The notes beneath the pieces are model-generated. The model saw only the letters and a program-made list of their open reading frames with translations. It searched no databases and had not been told where the DNA came from. Shown one piece after another: positions 8,349 to 17,188 of a DNA stretch of 22,716 nt. Both the position numbers and the translations under genes were made by a program. The DNA comes from Candidatus Altiarchaeota archaeon (GTDB taxonomy: Archaea > Altiarchaeota > Altiarchaeia > IMC4 > QMZM01), in contig JAFGDV010000039.1 of the NCBI GenBank assembly GCA_016931955.1, positions 1 through 22,716 of the forward strand, written 5' to 3'. The first letter of the stretch is position 1, and every line of letters begins with the position of its first letter.

Positions 8349-9185
8349 ATGACTGAGTTCAAGATCAGGCTTCGCAGTGACTTGATTGCGGAGATTGATC
8401 ACATGGTTGATGGCGTCGAGGTCAAGAACAGGTCGCACGCGATCGAGATAATCCTATCAAGGGTGTTGCATGCGAAGAAGGTGGAGTGTGCAGTCATCCT
8501 TGCCGGTGGCAGGGGTACTCGTATGCGGCCTTTCACCTACGAGATCCCAAAACCCATGATACCTGTGCGGGGTAAGCCCATTGTGCAGTACATCATAGAA
8601 CTTCTGAGAAAATACGATATAAGGAACATCATCCTATCCACAGGATACATGGGCGACAAGATCAGGGAATACTTTGGGAATGGCTCGAAGTTTGGAGTGG
8701 AAATATCCTATGTTGAAGAGAAGGAGGAGTTGGGCACAGCAGGCTCCCTGAACCTTATGAAGGACTTACTTAATGGAACCTTTCTCATGTTTAACGGCGA
8801 TATCTTAGCCAATCTAGACCTATATGATTTCATCGTATTCCACAGGGAGAACAGGGCTCTTGCGACCATTGCTTTAACTCCGGTTAAGGATCCATCGCGT
8901 TTTGGCGTCGCCCGCTTGAGGGGTAACCGAATCCTGGAGTTCATCGAGAAACCGAAGAACAACATCAGATCGAAGCTCATTAATGCCGGGGTCTACGTCC
9001 TCGAGTCGGAGGTCATAGACTATGTCCCTGAGGGGAGGGCGATGATGGAGAAGGACGTATTCCCCAAGCTGGCTGAGGAAAACAAGCTGTTCGGCTACCC
9101 ATTCGACGGCCAATGGTTTGACACCGGAACACACGAAGCCTATGAAAAAGCAATAAGAGACTGGAACGGAATCAAGGGTGTGTGA
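8349..9185 (+). CDS. Sugar-phosphate nucleotidyltransferase with N-terminal ribbon-helix-helix-like domain
   Basis: ILAGGRGTRMRP, PKPM, ELGTAG, NGDI, EFIEKP, WFDTG; extra N-terminal ~40 aa with KNRSHAIE. Confidence 0.9.
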   Translation: MTEFKIRLRSDLIAEIDHMVDGVEVKNRSHAIEIILSRVLHAKKVECAVILAGGRGTRMRPFTYEIPKPMIPVRGKPIVQYIIELLRKYDIRNIILSTGYMGDKIREYFGNGSKFGVEISYVEEKEELGTAGSLNLMKDLLNGTFLMFNGDILANLDLYDFIVFHRENRALATIALTPVKDPSRFGVARLRGNRILEFIEKPKNNIRSKLINAGVYVLESEVIDYVPEGRAMMEKDVFPKLAEENKLFGYPFDGQWFDTGTHEAYEKAIRDWNGIKGV

Positions 9186-9186
9186 G

Positions 9187-10533
9187 ATGTCTATTTTTCG
9201 TGCCTATGATATTCGCGGCGTCTTTGGTGAGGATTTGACTGAAGAGGTTGGGGAGGAAATTGGGAAGGCTTTTGGGACCTATGTTGGCGGCGGCAGCGTT
9301 GTTGTTGGCCGTGACTGCAGGTTGAGTTCTCCGATGCTCAAGGATGCTTTTGTCAGGGGCCTTATATCGACTGGTTGTGTTGCAGTGGACATTGGGATGG
9401 TTCCAACTCCCGTCTTGTACTTCTCGCTCTACCATCATGGGTTCGCTGGCGGCGTGATGGTCACTGGATCGCATAATCCCCCTGAATACAATGGCTTCAA
9501 GCTCTGTAAGGGCAATGCAGCCCTCTACGGTGAAGAGATTCAGAGGCTTAGGGAGATCATCGAGGCTGGGAACTATAATAAGGGGTTTAGGAAGGTTATC
9601 TCCAAGGAGTTTAATGATGACTATGTTCGATTCTTGAAGGAGAGGATCAGCTTAGGCCGCAGATTGAAGGTTGTAATCGACTCTGGTAATGGGGCCGCCG
9701 GACCGACTGCTTTGAGACTATTCCAAGATCTAGGCTGCGACGTAATACCCCTGTACTGTGAACCTGATGGGAGCTTTCCCAACCATCACCCTGATCCGAC
9801 CCTGGATTCTGCCCTAGCTGACCTGATCAAGGCGGTGAAGGATGAGGGCGCTGATTTTGGTGTCGCATACGATGGCGACGGCGACCGCGCAGGTTTTGTG
9901 GATGATAGAGGCAACATAATAAGGGGTGATCAGGCGCTGATACTCTTCTCCCGGGAGATCCTTGAAAAAAAGAAGAATGCGAAGATCATATTGGAGGTGA
10001 AGTGTTCTCAGGCGCTGGTCGAGGATATACTGGCGCATGGGGGTATCCCGATAATGTATCGCACAGGTCATTCCTTCATAAAGAAGAAGATGAGGGAGGA
10101 AAACGCCTTGCTTGCTGGGGAAATGTCTGGGCACTTCTTTTTTGCGGACGACTACTACGGCTTTGATGATGCAGTATTCGCCTCCCTGAGGATGGCTCAG
10201 ATCCTCTCGCATTCTGAAAAGAGGCTTTCTGAGCTAGTCTATGGGATGCCTCACTATGAGTCCACTCCGGAGATAAGGATCCGTTGTCCTGATGATGAGA
10301 AGTTTCGCGTCGTGGAGGAAGTGACCAAGAAGTTCGAGAAAGACCATGAAGTGATCACCGTCGACGGCGCTAGGATACAGTTCGTGGACGGTTGGGGTCT
10401 TGTCCGTGCATCCAACACCGAGCCTGCATTGATTCTCAGGTTTGAGGCGAAGACGAAGGAGAGGCTTGCAGAGATAAAAGAGATCATAGAAGAAGAGCTT
10501 AAAAGGTATCCTTCCCTAGCAGGTAGCCTGTAG
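9187..10533 (+). CDS. Phosphomannomutase/phosphoglucomutase
   Basis: FRAYDIRG, TGSHNPPEYNG, DGDGDR, GEMSGH, RASNTEP. Confidence 0.96.
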   Translation: MSIFRAYDIRGVFGEDLTEEVGEEIGKAFGTYVGGGSVVVGRDCRLSSPMLKDAFVRGLISTGCVAVDIGMVPTPVLYFSLYHHGFAGGVMVTGSHNPPEYNGFKLCKGNAALYGEEIQRLREIIEAGNYNKGFRKVISKEFNDDYVRFLKERISLGRRLKVVIDSGNGAAGPTALRLFQDLGCDVIPLYCEPDGSFPNHHPDPTLDSALADLIKAVKDEGADFGVAYDGDGDRAGFVDDRGNIIRGDQALILFSREILEKKKNAKIILEVKCSQALVEDILAHGGIPIMYRTGHSFIKKKMREENALLAGEMSGHFFFADDYYGFDDAVFASLRMAQILSHSEKRLSELVYGMPHYESTPEIRIRCPDDEKFRVVEEVTKKFEKDHEVITVDGARIQFVDGWGLVRASNTEPALILRFEAKTKERLAEIKEIIEEELKRYPSLAGSL

Positions 10534-10541
10534 TCAGTGGC

Positions 10542-11798
10542 TCACTTCAATAGATCCTTTGGGACTCTCTGGTGCCTGAATAGGTCTTCGAATGTTTCTC
10601 TCTCCCGTATGACCTCTGCTGTTTCACCCCAGACGAGTATCTCTGCAGGTCTAGGCCTAAGGTTGTACTGGCTGGACATGCTGAATCCATAAGCACCAGC
10701 ATCATAGAATGCTATTATGTCGCCTTCGCTCACCTTGGGTAGCCTCCTCCCCTTAGCCAAGACGTCTCCTGATTCGCAGATGTTTCCCACGACGTCGTAG
10801 GTCTCCGTTGCTTCATCACCCACCCTGTTCAGGACCTCTACGCGGTGATAGGAATCGTACATGGCAGGCCTCATCAATACGTTGAATCCTGCATCAACGT
10901 TAACGAACTTCTTGTATGGTGTTTCCTTAACCCCCGTGATCCTGCATAAAAGCACTCCAGCGTTCCCTACAATATATCTGCCGGGCTCAAGCCAGAGCTC
11001 GGGTTCATAACCTAACCGCTTCTTGAATCCATTAACCACTGAAGTAATGGCTTCAGCATAGGCCTCAGGTGTTGGTACATTCTCTCCCATGTAAGGTATC
11101 CCTAGGCCGCCTCCGAGGTCGATGAATTCCAACTTAATCCCTAGCTCCTCCCTGAGTTGGCAGGCGAATTCCATAATCTTTTCCGTCGTCTCACTGAAAA
11201 CACCCAGTTCTGTTATCTGTGAGCCGATGTGTGTGTGCACTCCAGTGATCCCAAGCCCCTTAACGCCTTTGGCGACGCCGTAGGCCTTAAACGCCAGACC
11301 ACCCTCTAGATGTATCCCGAACTTTGACTCCCTTAACCCCGTAGCTATCTTGGGGTGCGTCTTGGGGTCTACTGCTAGGTTGACCCTAAATGAGACCTTT
11401 GCAGACTTCTTTTTGTCCTTGATTGTCTTCTTTAGCCGGTATAGCTCATGCAGTGAGTCGAGGTTTATTATGACGCCCGCGTCAACAGCAGCTGTCAGTT
11501 CTTTGTCTGTCTTGCTGTTGTTCGTGAATATTATGTCCTTGGGCTTTATGCCCGCCTTAAGCGCAGTCAAAAGCTCGCCTTCGGATACTACATCCACGCC
11601 GGAATCTTCCTGCCTGAGTATGTGGCAGACTGCAAGCGACGGATTAGCCTTTAAAGCATAGCGGATCCTTGTGTTCTTGTATCTGCTTTTGATTGCTGAC
11701 AGAAAGGTCCTATAGTTTTTCCTTATCTGGTCTTCGTCGTAGACGTAGACGGGGGTGCCGAACTTCCTTGCAACCTTTAGCAGAACCTCTGGATCCAT
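10542..11798 (-). CDS. lysA: Diaminopimelate decarboxylase
   Basis: GTPVYVYD, YALKAN (PLP Lys), THPKIATG..SKFG, HIGSQI, EPGRYIV, CESGD, GAYG. Confidence 0.96.
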   Translation of the reverse strand: MDPEVLLKVARKFGTPVYVYDEDQIRKNYRTFLSAIKSRYKNTRIRYALKANPSLAVCHILRQEDSGVDVVSEGELLTALKAGIKPKDIIFTNNSKTDKELTAAVDAGVIINLDSLHELYRLKKTIKDKKKSAKVSFRVNLAVDPKTHPKIATGLRESKFGIHLEGGLAFKAYGVAKGVKGLGITGVHTHIGSQITELGVFSETTEKIMEFACQLREELGIKLEFIDLGGGLGIPYMGENVPTPEAYAEAITSVVNGFKKRLGYEPELWLEPGRYIVGNAGVLLCRITGVKETPYKKFVNVDAGFNVLMRPAMYDSYHRVEVLNRVGDEATETYDVVGNICESGDVLAKGRRLPKVSEGDIIAFYDAGAYGFSMSSQYNLRPRPAEILVWGETAEVIRERETFEDLFRHQRVPKDLLK

Positions 11799-11841
11799 TT
11801 TAATACTTACTCATAATATTATTTTGAGTTAGTTGTTTAAA

Positions 11842-12843
11842 ATGGAGAGGCTCAGCCCTGACTTCAGGTTTGATGTGAATCTGCTTGAGAATAAACTGAA
11901 AAAGATCGCAGATGAACTGGGGAAGAAGGAGTTCGATAGGGACTTATTCCGTGACAGGTTCACCTCTGAGGGCTTCAGGATAGGGAAGTTGAAACCATCT
12001 GCTAAGAACACATCCTTCCTCTCAGTTGACTCGTCTGTCGTCAAAAAAGAGCTCCGGCATAATGCGATCTGGGGGTCTCATTCAGTCGTCTTGTACTCTG
12101 AATTCGACGGAAAAAAGCACCCTGACCCGTTAGCGCAGGGCATCGTACACTATACTGATATCATGTACGACTCCCATATAGATGTCGGCGTTTTCTCACC
12201 CTATGGGCAAATCGATTCCAGGATGAACTCTATCCGGGTCGCTGAGGAGTATTCCTCCCTCTTAGCCTCCCTAAGGTCCATGGGGCCCAGAAAAGTGGAC
12301 CTTCTCTTGATTGATGGAAGCCTTTATACCACCCTGAGGAGGCTGAGGGATGAGGCTCGATTGTCTAGATTCCCGGAGCACAAGAAGGCATTGGAATTGC
12401 ATGATGAGCTTATGGGTGCTGGGAAGGTGGTCGGCCTGGTGGAGGACTCTCACTCATCCGATCTCTCGAAGAGGGTGGGCCTTGAAGTAACCAATACAAC
12501 ATTCTTTGAATCGATCTTGGAGGAAAACGAATACGTTGCAACGAAAAAGGCAGGAGTCAATGTCTGCCACATCAAGCTGCCCTCTAAGGCCCTCAGCTAT
12601 ACTCATTCCAGGATCAGCGATCCCCTGGTTGTTAGGTGGGAGTTTTCCTATGATGATTTCATGGAGGATCTATCCAATCTCGTTGGCTTATGGCTGCTTG
12701 AGGATGACATATGGCATCCGCAGATATACCCTATGAGGATTACAGACTATCTGACGAGGAGGCTTAAGATAGGGAGCGTTCTTGACTCACTGATAGCGGA
12801 AAACGAGCTGGATCCTAAGTACAGGGATCTGAGGGAAGCCTAA
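11842..12843 (+). CDS. nurA: NurA-family nuclease (DNA double-strand break repair)
   Basis: FLSVDSS and LLLIDGSL acidic motifs, VVGLVEDSHS, IYPMRITD C-terminal motif. Confidence 0.78.
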   Translation: MERLSPDFRFDVNLLENKLKKIADELGKKEFDRDLFRDRFTSEGFRIGKLKPSAKNTSFLSVDSSVVKKELRHNAIWGSHSVVLYSEFDGKKHPDPLAQGIVHYTDIMYDSHIDVGVFSPYGQIDSRMNSIRVAEEYSSLLASLRSMGPRKVDLLLIDGSLYTTLRRLRDEARLSRFPEHKKALELHDELMGAGKVVGLVEDSHSSDLSKRVGLEVTNTTFFESILEENEYVATKKAGVNVCHIKLPSKALSYTHSRISDPLVVRWEFSYDDFMEDLSNLVGLWLLEDDIWHPQIYPMRITDYLTRRLKIGSVLDSLIAENELDPKYRDLREA

Positions 12844-13580
12844 ACCTTCACCACATCAAGCCCGGTTTGCTCTAACAATCCAATAACCCTCTTCTTTTCT
12901 CTGCCCATACCTTTTTTCTCTATGAGCGCGATCTCTGGTGTCGGGGTAGTCTTTGATATCATCTGCTCTATCATCTCAATATCCAGCTTAGGTAGGTTGT
13001 GTTTTGGGCATATGTGGCCTATTGCGTATTCCTCCAGCAGGGAAAACCTTCTGCAGTAGTGTCCTCCTCCGAAGGCTATTGCAGTACCTAAATCTGGTGG
13101 TTCTGCTCCGATGAGCCCCTCTATGGCTTCGGCGGCGGCTTCGCAGGCTTCCCTGTCTCTCCAATGTTCTTCATCGCTTCCGACTTCGACGAACATTATC
13201 GGGAACCTCAGTGAAGTTGGTCCGTGATGGGTTGCTTCATAACTGACTTCGTATTGGAGTTTCACTCCCTCCCGTTTGAGCTGCATAAGCGCCTCCCTCA
13301 GGTACAGTGCCGGTGCGATCGATAACTCCCTGTCTCTGCCGCCGTAATCAGCTGCATTGAAGTTTCCGGGGGAATGGGTTGTGAGGACTGGGATCCGTGA
13401 ATCGGATTTATGGCGGGAGGCTACGACGCAGACCTCCGGTCTTATGCCCATGTCCTCTATGTAGAGTATCTCCTGCTTTACTTCGATGATCTCGGCCTTA
13501 ACGTGTTTATCCCTCAGAAAATCGACGATATTTTTTCCAGCGACGTCCTTGCTGTAGAACATGACTACCCTTTCTTGCAT
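12840..13580 (-). CDS. dtdA: D-aminoacyl-tRNA deacylase (archaeal DtdA/DTD2)
   Basis: ASRHKS, THSPGNF, YEATHHGPT, FVEVGS, FGGGHY, GHICPK. Confidence 0.93.
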   Translation of the reverse strand: MQERVVMFYSKDVAGKNIVDFLRDKHVKAEIIEVKQEILYIEDMGIRPEVCVVASRHKSDSRIPVLTTHSPGNFNAADYGGRDRELSIAPALYLREALMQLKREGVKLQYEVSYEATHHGPTSLRFPIMFVEVGSDEEHWRDREACEAAAEAIEGLIGAEPPDLGTAIAFGGGHYCRRFSLLEEYAIGHICPKHNLPKLDIEMIEQMISKTTPTPEIALIEKKGMGREKKRVIGLLEQTGLDVVKV

Positions 13581-14674
13581 TCTAACTTAAGCTCTTCCAC
13601 CATCTTTTCCACACCAATTTCTCTCTCCAAGGCCTCTATTTCTCCGATGTCTGCTCTCGTTGCAGGCTTTTTGGGAACGAAGTGGCACCTTTTTTTCCTG
13701 GCTAACTCGTAGGTTCCTATGTCTTTCGCCCTCTTGATGATCTCCTCCTTGTCCATGCCTATCAGTGGCCTGTAGATCGGTGAGGTAACTCCGCTTATCA
13801 CTTCTAGGTTTTCGAGGGTCTGGCTGGCCACTTGGCCGAGGTTGTCTCCCATGACCACGCCATGGGCTTTTTCCGTCCTACATACCCTCTTCGCTATTCT
13901 CAGCATGGTTCTCTTGCAGACTATGCAGGCGTGTTTTCCCGCATGCACTGAGATGTCTTTGAGCATTTTTTCGTGATCTACTTGGTATAACATTATCTCT
14001 TGTGCTGTGAATTCTTCCAGTGCGTTCAGGATGTCCTCGATTCCGTCGTCTTTTCCCAGGTGCAGTGCGATTATCTCGCAGCCTCGATGCATCATCATCC
14101 ATGCTGCGACTGGTGAGTCAATGCCGGTCGAGATTAATGAAACGACTTTGCCTTGGGTCTTATAGGGTAGGCCCCCCACTGCTGTGTTTTTTTTGTCGAA
14201 GATGAATGCTTTCTCGTCTGAGACCTCTATGGATATGGTCTTTTCTGGGTTGCTCAGGTCGACTGACGCGTTAATGCTCTCCGATATCCTTCTTCCAACG
14301 ACATTCTCGATATCCTTGCTGCTGAAGTCGTGTTTTCCCGTTCTCGTCGCCCTTATCGCGAATCTTTCGCCCTCTGCTATAACCTGCTTTGCGAGCCCCA
14401 ATCCCTTCTCAGTAATCACCGCCATATCTGCTTTGGTTTCAATTGCGGGGCTCGTGGATACTATACCGAAGACCTTGCTCAGCGACTCAGAGACACTTTC
14501 AGCGTCTTTTGTCTGTATGAGGATACGGTGTCTTCTCCTGATGATCTCTCCTTCAAGGTTTTTTCTCTTGAGAATTAGCCTTATATTCTCTATAAGTCTG
14601 TTTTCGAACTGTCTTTTAACGTGCTCGCTTTTCAGAAAGATTTCACCGTATCTTACCAAAACAGTGTCATACAT
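13565..14674 (-). CDS. thiI: tRNA 4-thiouridine sulfurtransferase ThiI (THUMP + PP-loop, no rhodanese domain)
   Basis: VRYGEIFLKS, VDLSNP, GGLP, STGIDSPVA, CIVCKR, GQVASQTLEN, RPLIGMDKEEI. Confidence 0.95.
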   Translation of the reverse strand: MYDTVLVRYGEIFLKSEHVKRQFENRLIENIRLILKRKNLEGEIIRRRHRILIQTKDAESVSESLSKVFGIVSTSPAIETKADMAVITEKGLGLAKQVIAEGERFAIRATRTGKHDFSSKDIENVVGRRISESINASVDLSNPEKTISIEVSDEKAFIFDKKNTAVGGLPYKTQGKVVSLISTGIDSPVAAWMMMHRGCEIIALHLGKDDGIEDILNALEEFTAQEIMLYQVDHEKMLKDISVHAGKHACIVCKRTMLRIAKRVCRTEKAHGVVMGDNLGQVASQTLENLEVISGVTSPIYRPLIGMDKEEIIKRAKDIGTYELARKKRCHFVPKKPATRADIGEIEALEREIGVEKMVEELKLECKKG

Positions 14675-14729
14675 TTTTATTTTAGGACTACCAATAGTGT
14701 GTAATAAGAATTAATTTAACCAGATAAAA

Positions 14730-15383
14730 ATGAGTTTTCTGGAGTTGATAAAGGAGGGCGTCAGCGATTTTTTTATGTTGTTGAATCCCTATAAAGTGGG
14801 TGAATTCTTTGGGAGGATGGAGGCAAAATCCGGTAGCTACATGTTCAAGTATCTTGCCTTCTTTGGTATGTCCCTCTTTTTCGGGTACTACCTGAATCTT
14901 GTCTATAAGTTGGGGTTTGAGTCTGAGAGCACCTGTTCCTCTAGTTCGTCTTTTGAGTCGGCATTTATCATCTACCTTAGCCTCTTGATCATGCCCTTTA
15001 TGGCGGGGTCGATCATATCGCTTTTCAGTAAGAACCTTGTTGGCAAGGATGTGGAGACCAACGAAATTGTTTCAATCATAGGATACCCCCTATCTGTTAT
15101 ATTGCTTACTGGCATATTTAAGGCGCATGTGCAAACAATCATCTTGCATTATCTTGGCATAGGTTATGGCCTGTATCTGCTATATAATTCAATAAACGCT
15201 AGATTCGGATTCGATAAAGCACTCATCATCTTTGTGTTCTATCTGGTAGTTAACTCGCTTATCCTGATGATCATGTTCTGGTCTGGGATCACCGTAGTCA
15301 ACTTATTCGTTGATGTCCTGCGCTTTTTAGGGATCTCTTCAAGCGACATACCAATAACCCGCATATCTCCCTGGTGCTACTGA
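14730..15383 (+). CDS. Multi-pass membrane protein, possibly YIP1-like
   Basis: About five hydrophobic segments; N-terminal MLLNP...FF pattern reminiscent of YIP1. Confidence 0.6.
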   Translation: MSFLELIKEGVSDFFMLLNPYKVGEFFGRMEAKSGSYMFKYLAFFGMSLFFGYYLNLVYKLGFESESTCSSSSSFESAFIIYLSLLIMPFMAGSIISLFSKNLVGKDVETNEIVSIIGYPLSVILLTGIFKAHVQTIILHYLGIGYGLYLLYNSINARFGFDKALIIFVFYLVVNSLILMIMFWSGITVVNLFVDVLRFLGISSSDIPITRISPWCY

Positions 15384-15418
15384 GTCCCCATCAGGTCAGT
15401 TTTGGTAGTTATCCGCAT

Positions 15419-15949
15419 CTATACCTCTTTCGATTCTAGCTGTGTTTTGAGCAGGCTGATGATTGTTTTTCTTTCTTTGGCGTCTATTTCCTTGGTTGCT
15501 TCGTTGAATCTTGTTACTCGTTCTTTCTTTTCTAGGTAGAATACTATGTCGTAGATCACTCTTTTACCGTCTTCGAGCATAGCCCTTAGATGGGAGGTTG
15601 TTTCAAGGTCTGCAGTCGCTTTGATTTTGAGGATTTCATCCACGATTCTTTTTAGTTCTCTAAGCCAGTCATTGAAGTTGTTTTCTACCTTTATGTAGTA
15701 TTCTGCGTCGCCTATGGTCCATAGTCTGACGAATTCGAGTTCTTCTCTGCTTAAGTCCTCTCCTTCTCTTAGTTTTTGGATTACTTCTGTGGTCTTCTCC
15801 TTGGTCATCTCTTGGATGTATTCTCTGAGTTTGTTCTCTGTTTCATTGAAGGTCATGGCCAATCTATTGTAGGAAATCTGATCGCCTGTTTCAGTCGCCT
15901 TATCAAAATCGCCTTCTATCGGCCCACATATCTCCTCTAAAGTCGTCAT
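15419..15949 (-). CDS. Hypothetical alpha-helical protein
   Basis: Charged helical ORF filling the gap; RBS GGGTGA before ATG 15949; TATA-like TTTATA upstream on the minus strand. Confidence 0.75.
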   Translation of the reverse strand: MTTLEEICGPIEGDFDKATETGDQISYNRLAMTFNETENKLREYIQEMTKEKTTEVIQKLREGEDLSREELEFVRLWTIGDAEYYIKVENNFNDWLRELKRIVDEILKIKATADLETTSHLRAMLEDGKRVIYDIVFYLEKKERVTRFNEATKEIDAKERKTIISLLKTQLESKEV

Positions 15950-16026
15950 CTTGATCACCCATTAATAATAAAATATAAACCTATGCTGGTATAAATACCT
16001 TTCCAGCTATCATGGAAGGAAATCAT

Positions 16027-16956
16027 CTAACCCCTTGTTGGTAGTTTTCTCATGTAGAATCTCCATCCCATATACCTTAGTTCTACCAGTTTTTCATCTT
16101 CAAGAAGTCTCTCTACGAGATCCCAGCCTTTGTTGTTTTTCTCCAGCAGCTTTCTTACAGCGTCTTCTCTCATTGGATGTACGGATGTGATGCTCAGGAG
16201 ATCCTCTTCGACATCTCCTGTGGAGGAGAATTCGTTGCCTTCATAGCCAATAAGATGTCTCACTTGTCTAATTTTTTCACTGAAGATCTGGTATGCTTTA
16301 TTGATTCTTTTCTCTGGTGGGGGTGTTGCCCATGCCTCTGCTGGTGGTCTCGTTGGTATAGAAAGATAGGCTATGGATGGTTTCAGTCCAGATATGAAGC
16401 CAGCTGTCTCTTTGAGCTCATCGTCGGAATCATTTACGTCATCAATCAGCATCGTCTCGGTTGTTAACTCTCCTCTAAATTCCTTGGCGAATCTTCTTAT
16501 CCCGTCGAGAATCTTTTCCAGCTCCAGGGATTTGCAGGGTCTGTTGATCTTTCTCCAGGTTTTCTCTTTTACGGCGTCGACCTTGAGGGAGACCCAGTCA
16601 GCTTTTTTCAGATCATCTATTACATCATCTCTCCAGAGCAGCGATGAATTTGTTATTACTGCAATCTTTATTCCCAGGGGCTTAAGTAGTTCGATCTCCC
16701 TTCCAAGGTTTATGTCCAGGGTCGGTTCACCGTCTGGGACGAATGTTATGTAGTTCGGTTTCTCCCTTCCTAATACTCTTTTTATCTCTGTCACCAACTC
16801 CTCTGGGGGATAAAACTCCTTTCTCTCTGCGAATGTCCCTTTCACTGCACCAAGTTGGCAGTAGATGCATGAGTAACTACAGACCTTTGGAGGGATGTTA
16901 TTCACTCCAAGGCTTCTACCAAGCCTCCTTGAGGGCACGGGGCCGTAAGCCTTCAT
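16027..16956 (-). CDS. Radical SAM protein (COG0731/TYW1-like)
   Basis: YGPVPSRRLGRSLGVN, CSYSCIYC, PDGEPTL, ITNSSL, SLKVDA; start ATG 16956 (the upstream GTG 16965 lies inside the repeat element). Confidence 0.92.
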   Translation of the reverse strand: MKAYGPVPSRRLGRSLGVNNIPPKVCSYSCIYCQLGAVKGTFAERKEFYPPEELVTEIKRVLGREKPNYITFVPDGEPTLDINLGREIELLKPLGIKIAVITNSSLLWRDDVIDDLKKADWVSLKVDAVKEKTWRKINRPCKSLELEKILDGIRRFAKEFRGELTTETMLIDDVNDSDDELKETAGFISGLKPSIAYLSIPTRPPAEAWATPPPEKRINKAYQIFSEKIRQVRHLIGYEGNEFSSTGDVEEDLLSITSVHPMREDAVRKLLEKNNKGWDLVERLLEDEKLVELRYMGWRFYMRKLPTRG

Positions 16957-17188
16957 TACAAACACGCAAGGATACCGTGGACTTCAGTCCACGGAGGAAC
17001 ACGCAAGACCTTTGGTCTTGAGCGTCCGCAAAATTGCAACGCGATTTTTGGGAGCCAAAACTGCCCTGCAGTTTTGCGCTGTCTGAACGTAGTTCAGCAC
17101 ATTGCGTAATACTCCTTACCTTGCGTTTGCACCTCCTTTGTTTTTGACTGTAAGTTCATACCACACCCTTTAGGGTGTGGTTGTTGAT
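16957..17188 (-). mobile_element. Non-autonomous IS200/IS605-type (IscB/ISC-like ends) miniature element
   Basis: Minus strand begins ATCAACA-ACCACACCC-TAAA-GGGTGTGGT (hairpin 17160-17181) and ends TTCCT-CCGTGGAC-TGAA-GTCCACGG-TATCCTTGCG..TGTA|ATG (hairpin 16975-16994); 33/35 identity with 22645-22679. Confidence 0.7.
16999..17100. repeat. 102-bp four-hairpin structured element nested in the miniature element
   Basis: Four consecutive stem-loops with 3-nt loops; interrupts gagga|attgcg, which is contiguous in the copy at 22674-22684. Confidence 0.65.

Noticed and set aside
16957-17188. tRNA, CRISPR repeat or simple terminator
   Set aside because: No closing acceptor stem, T-loop or 7-nt anticodon loop; no repeat-spacer periodicity; the hairpins directly precede start codons, which is unlike a terminator.
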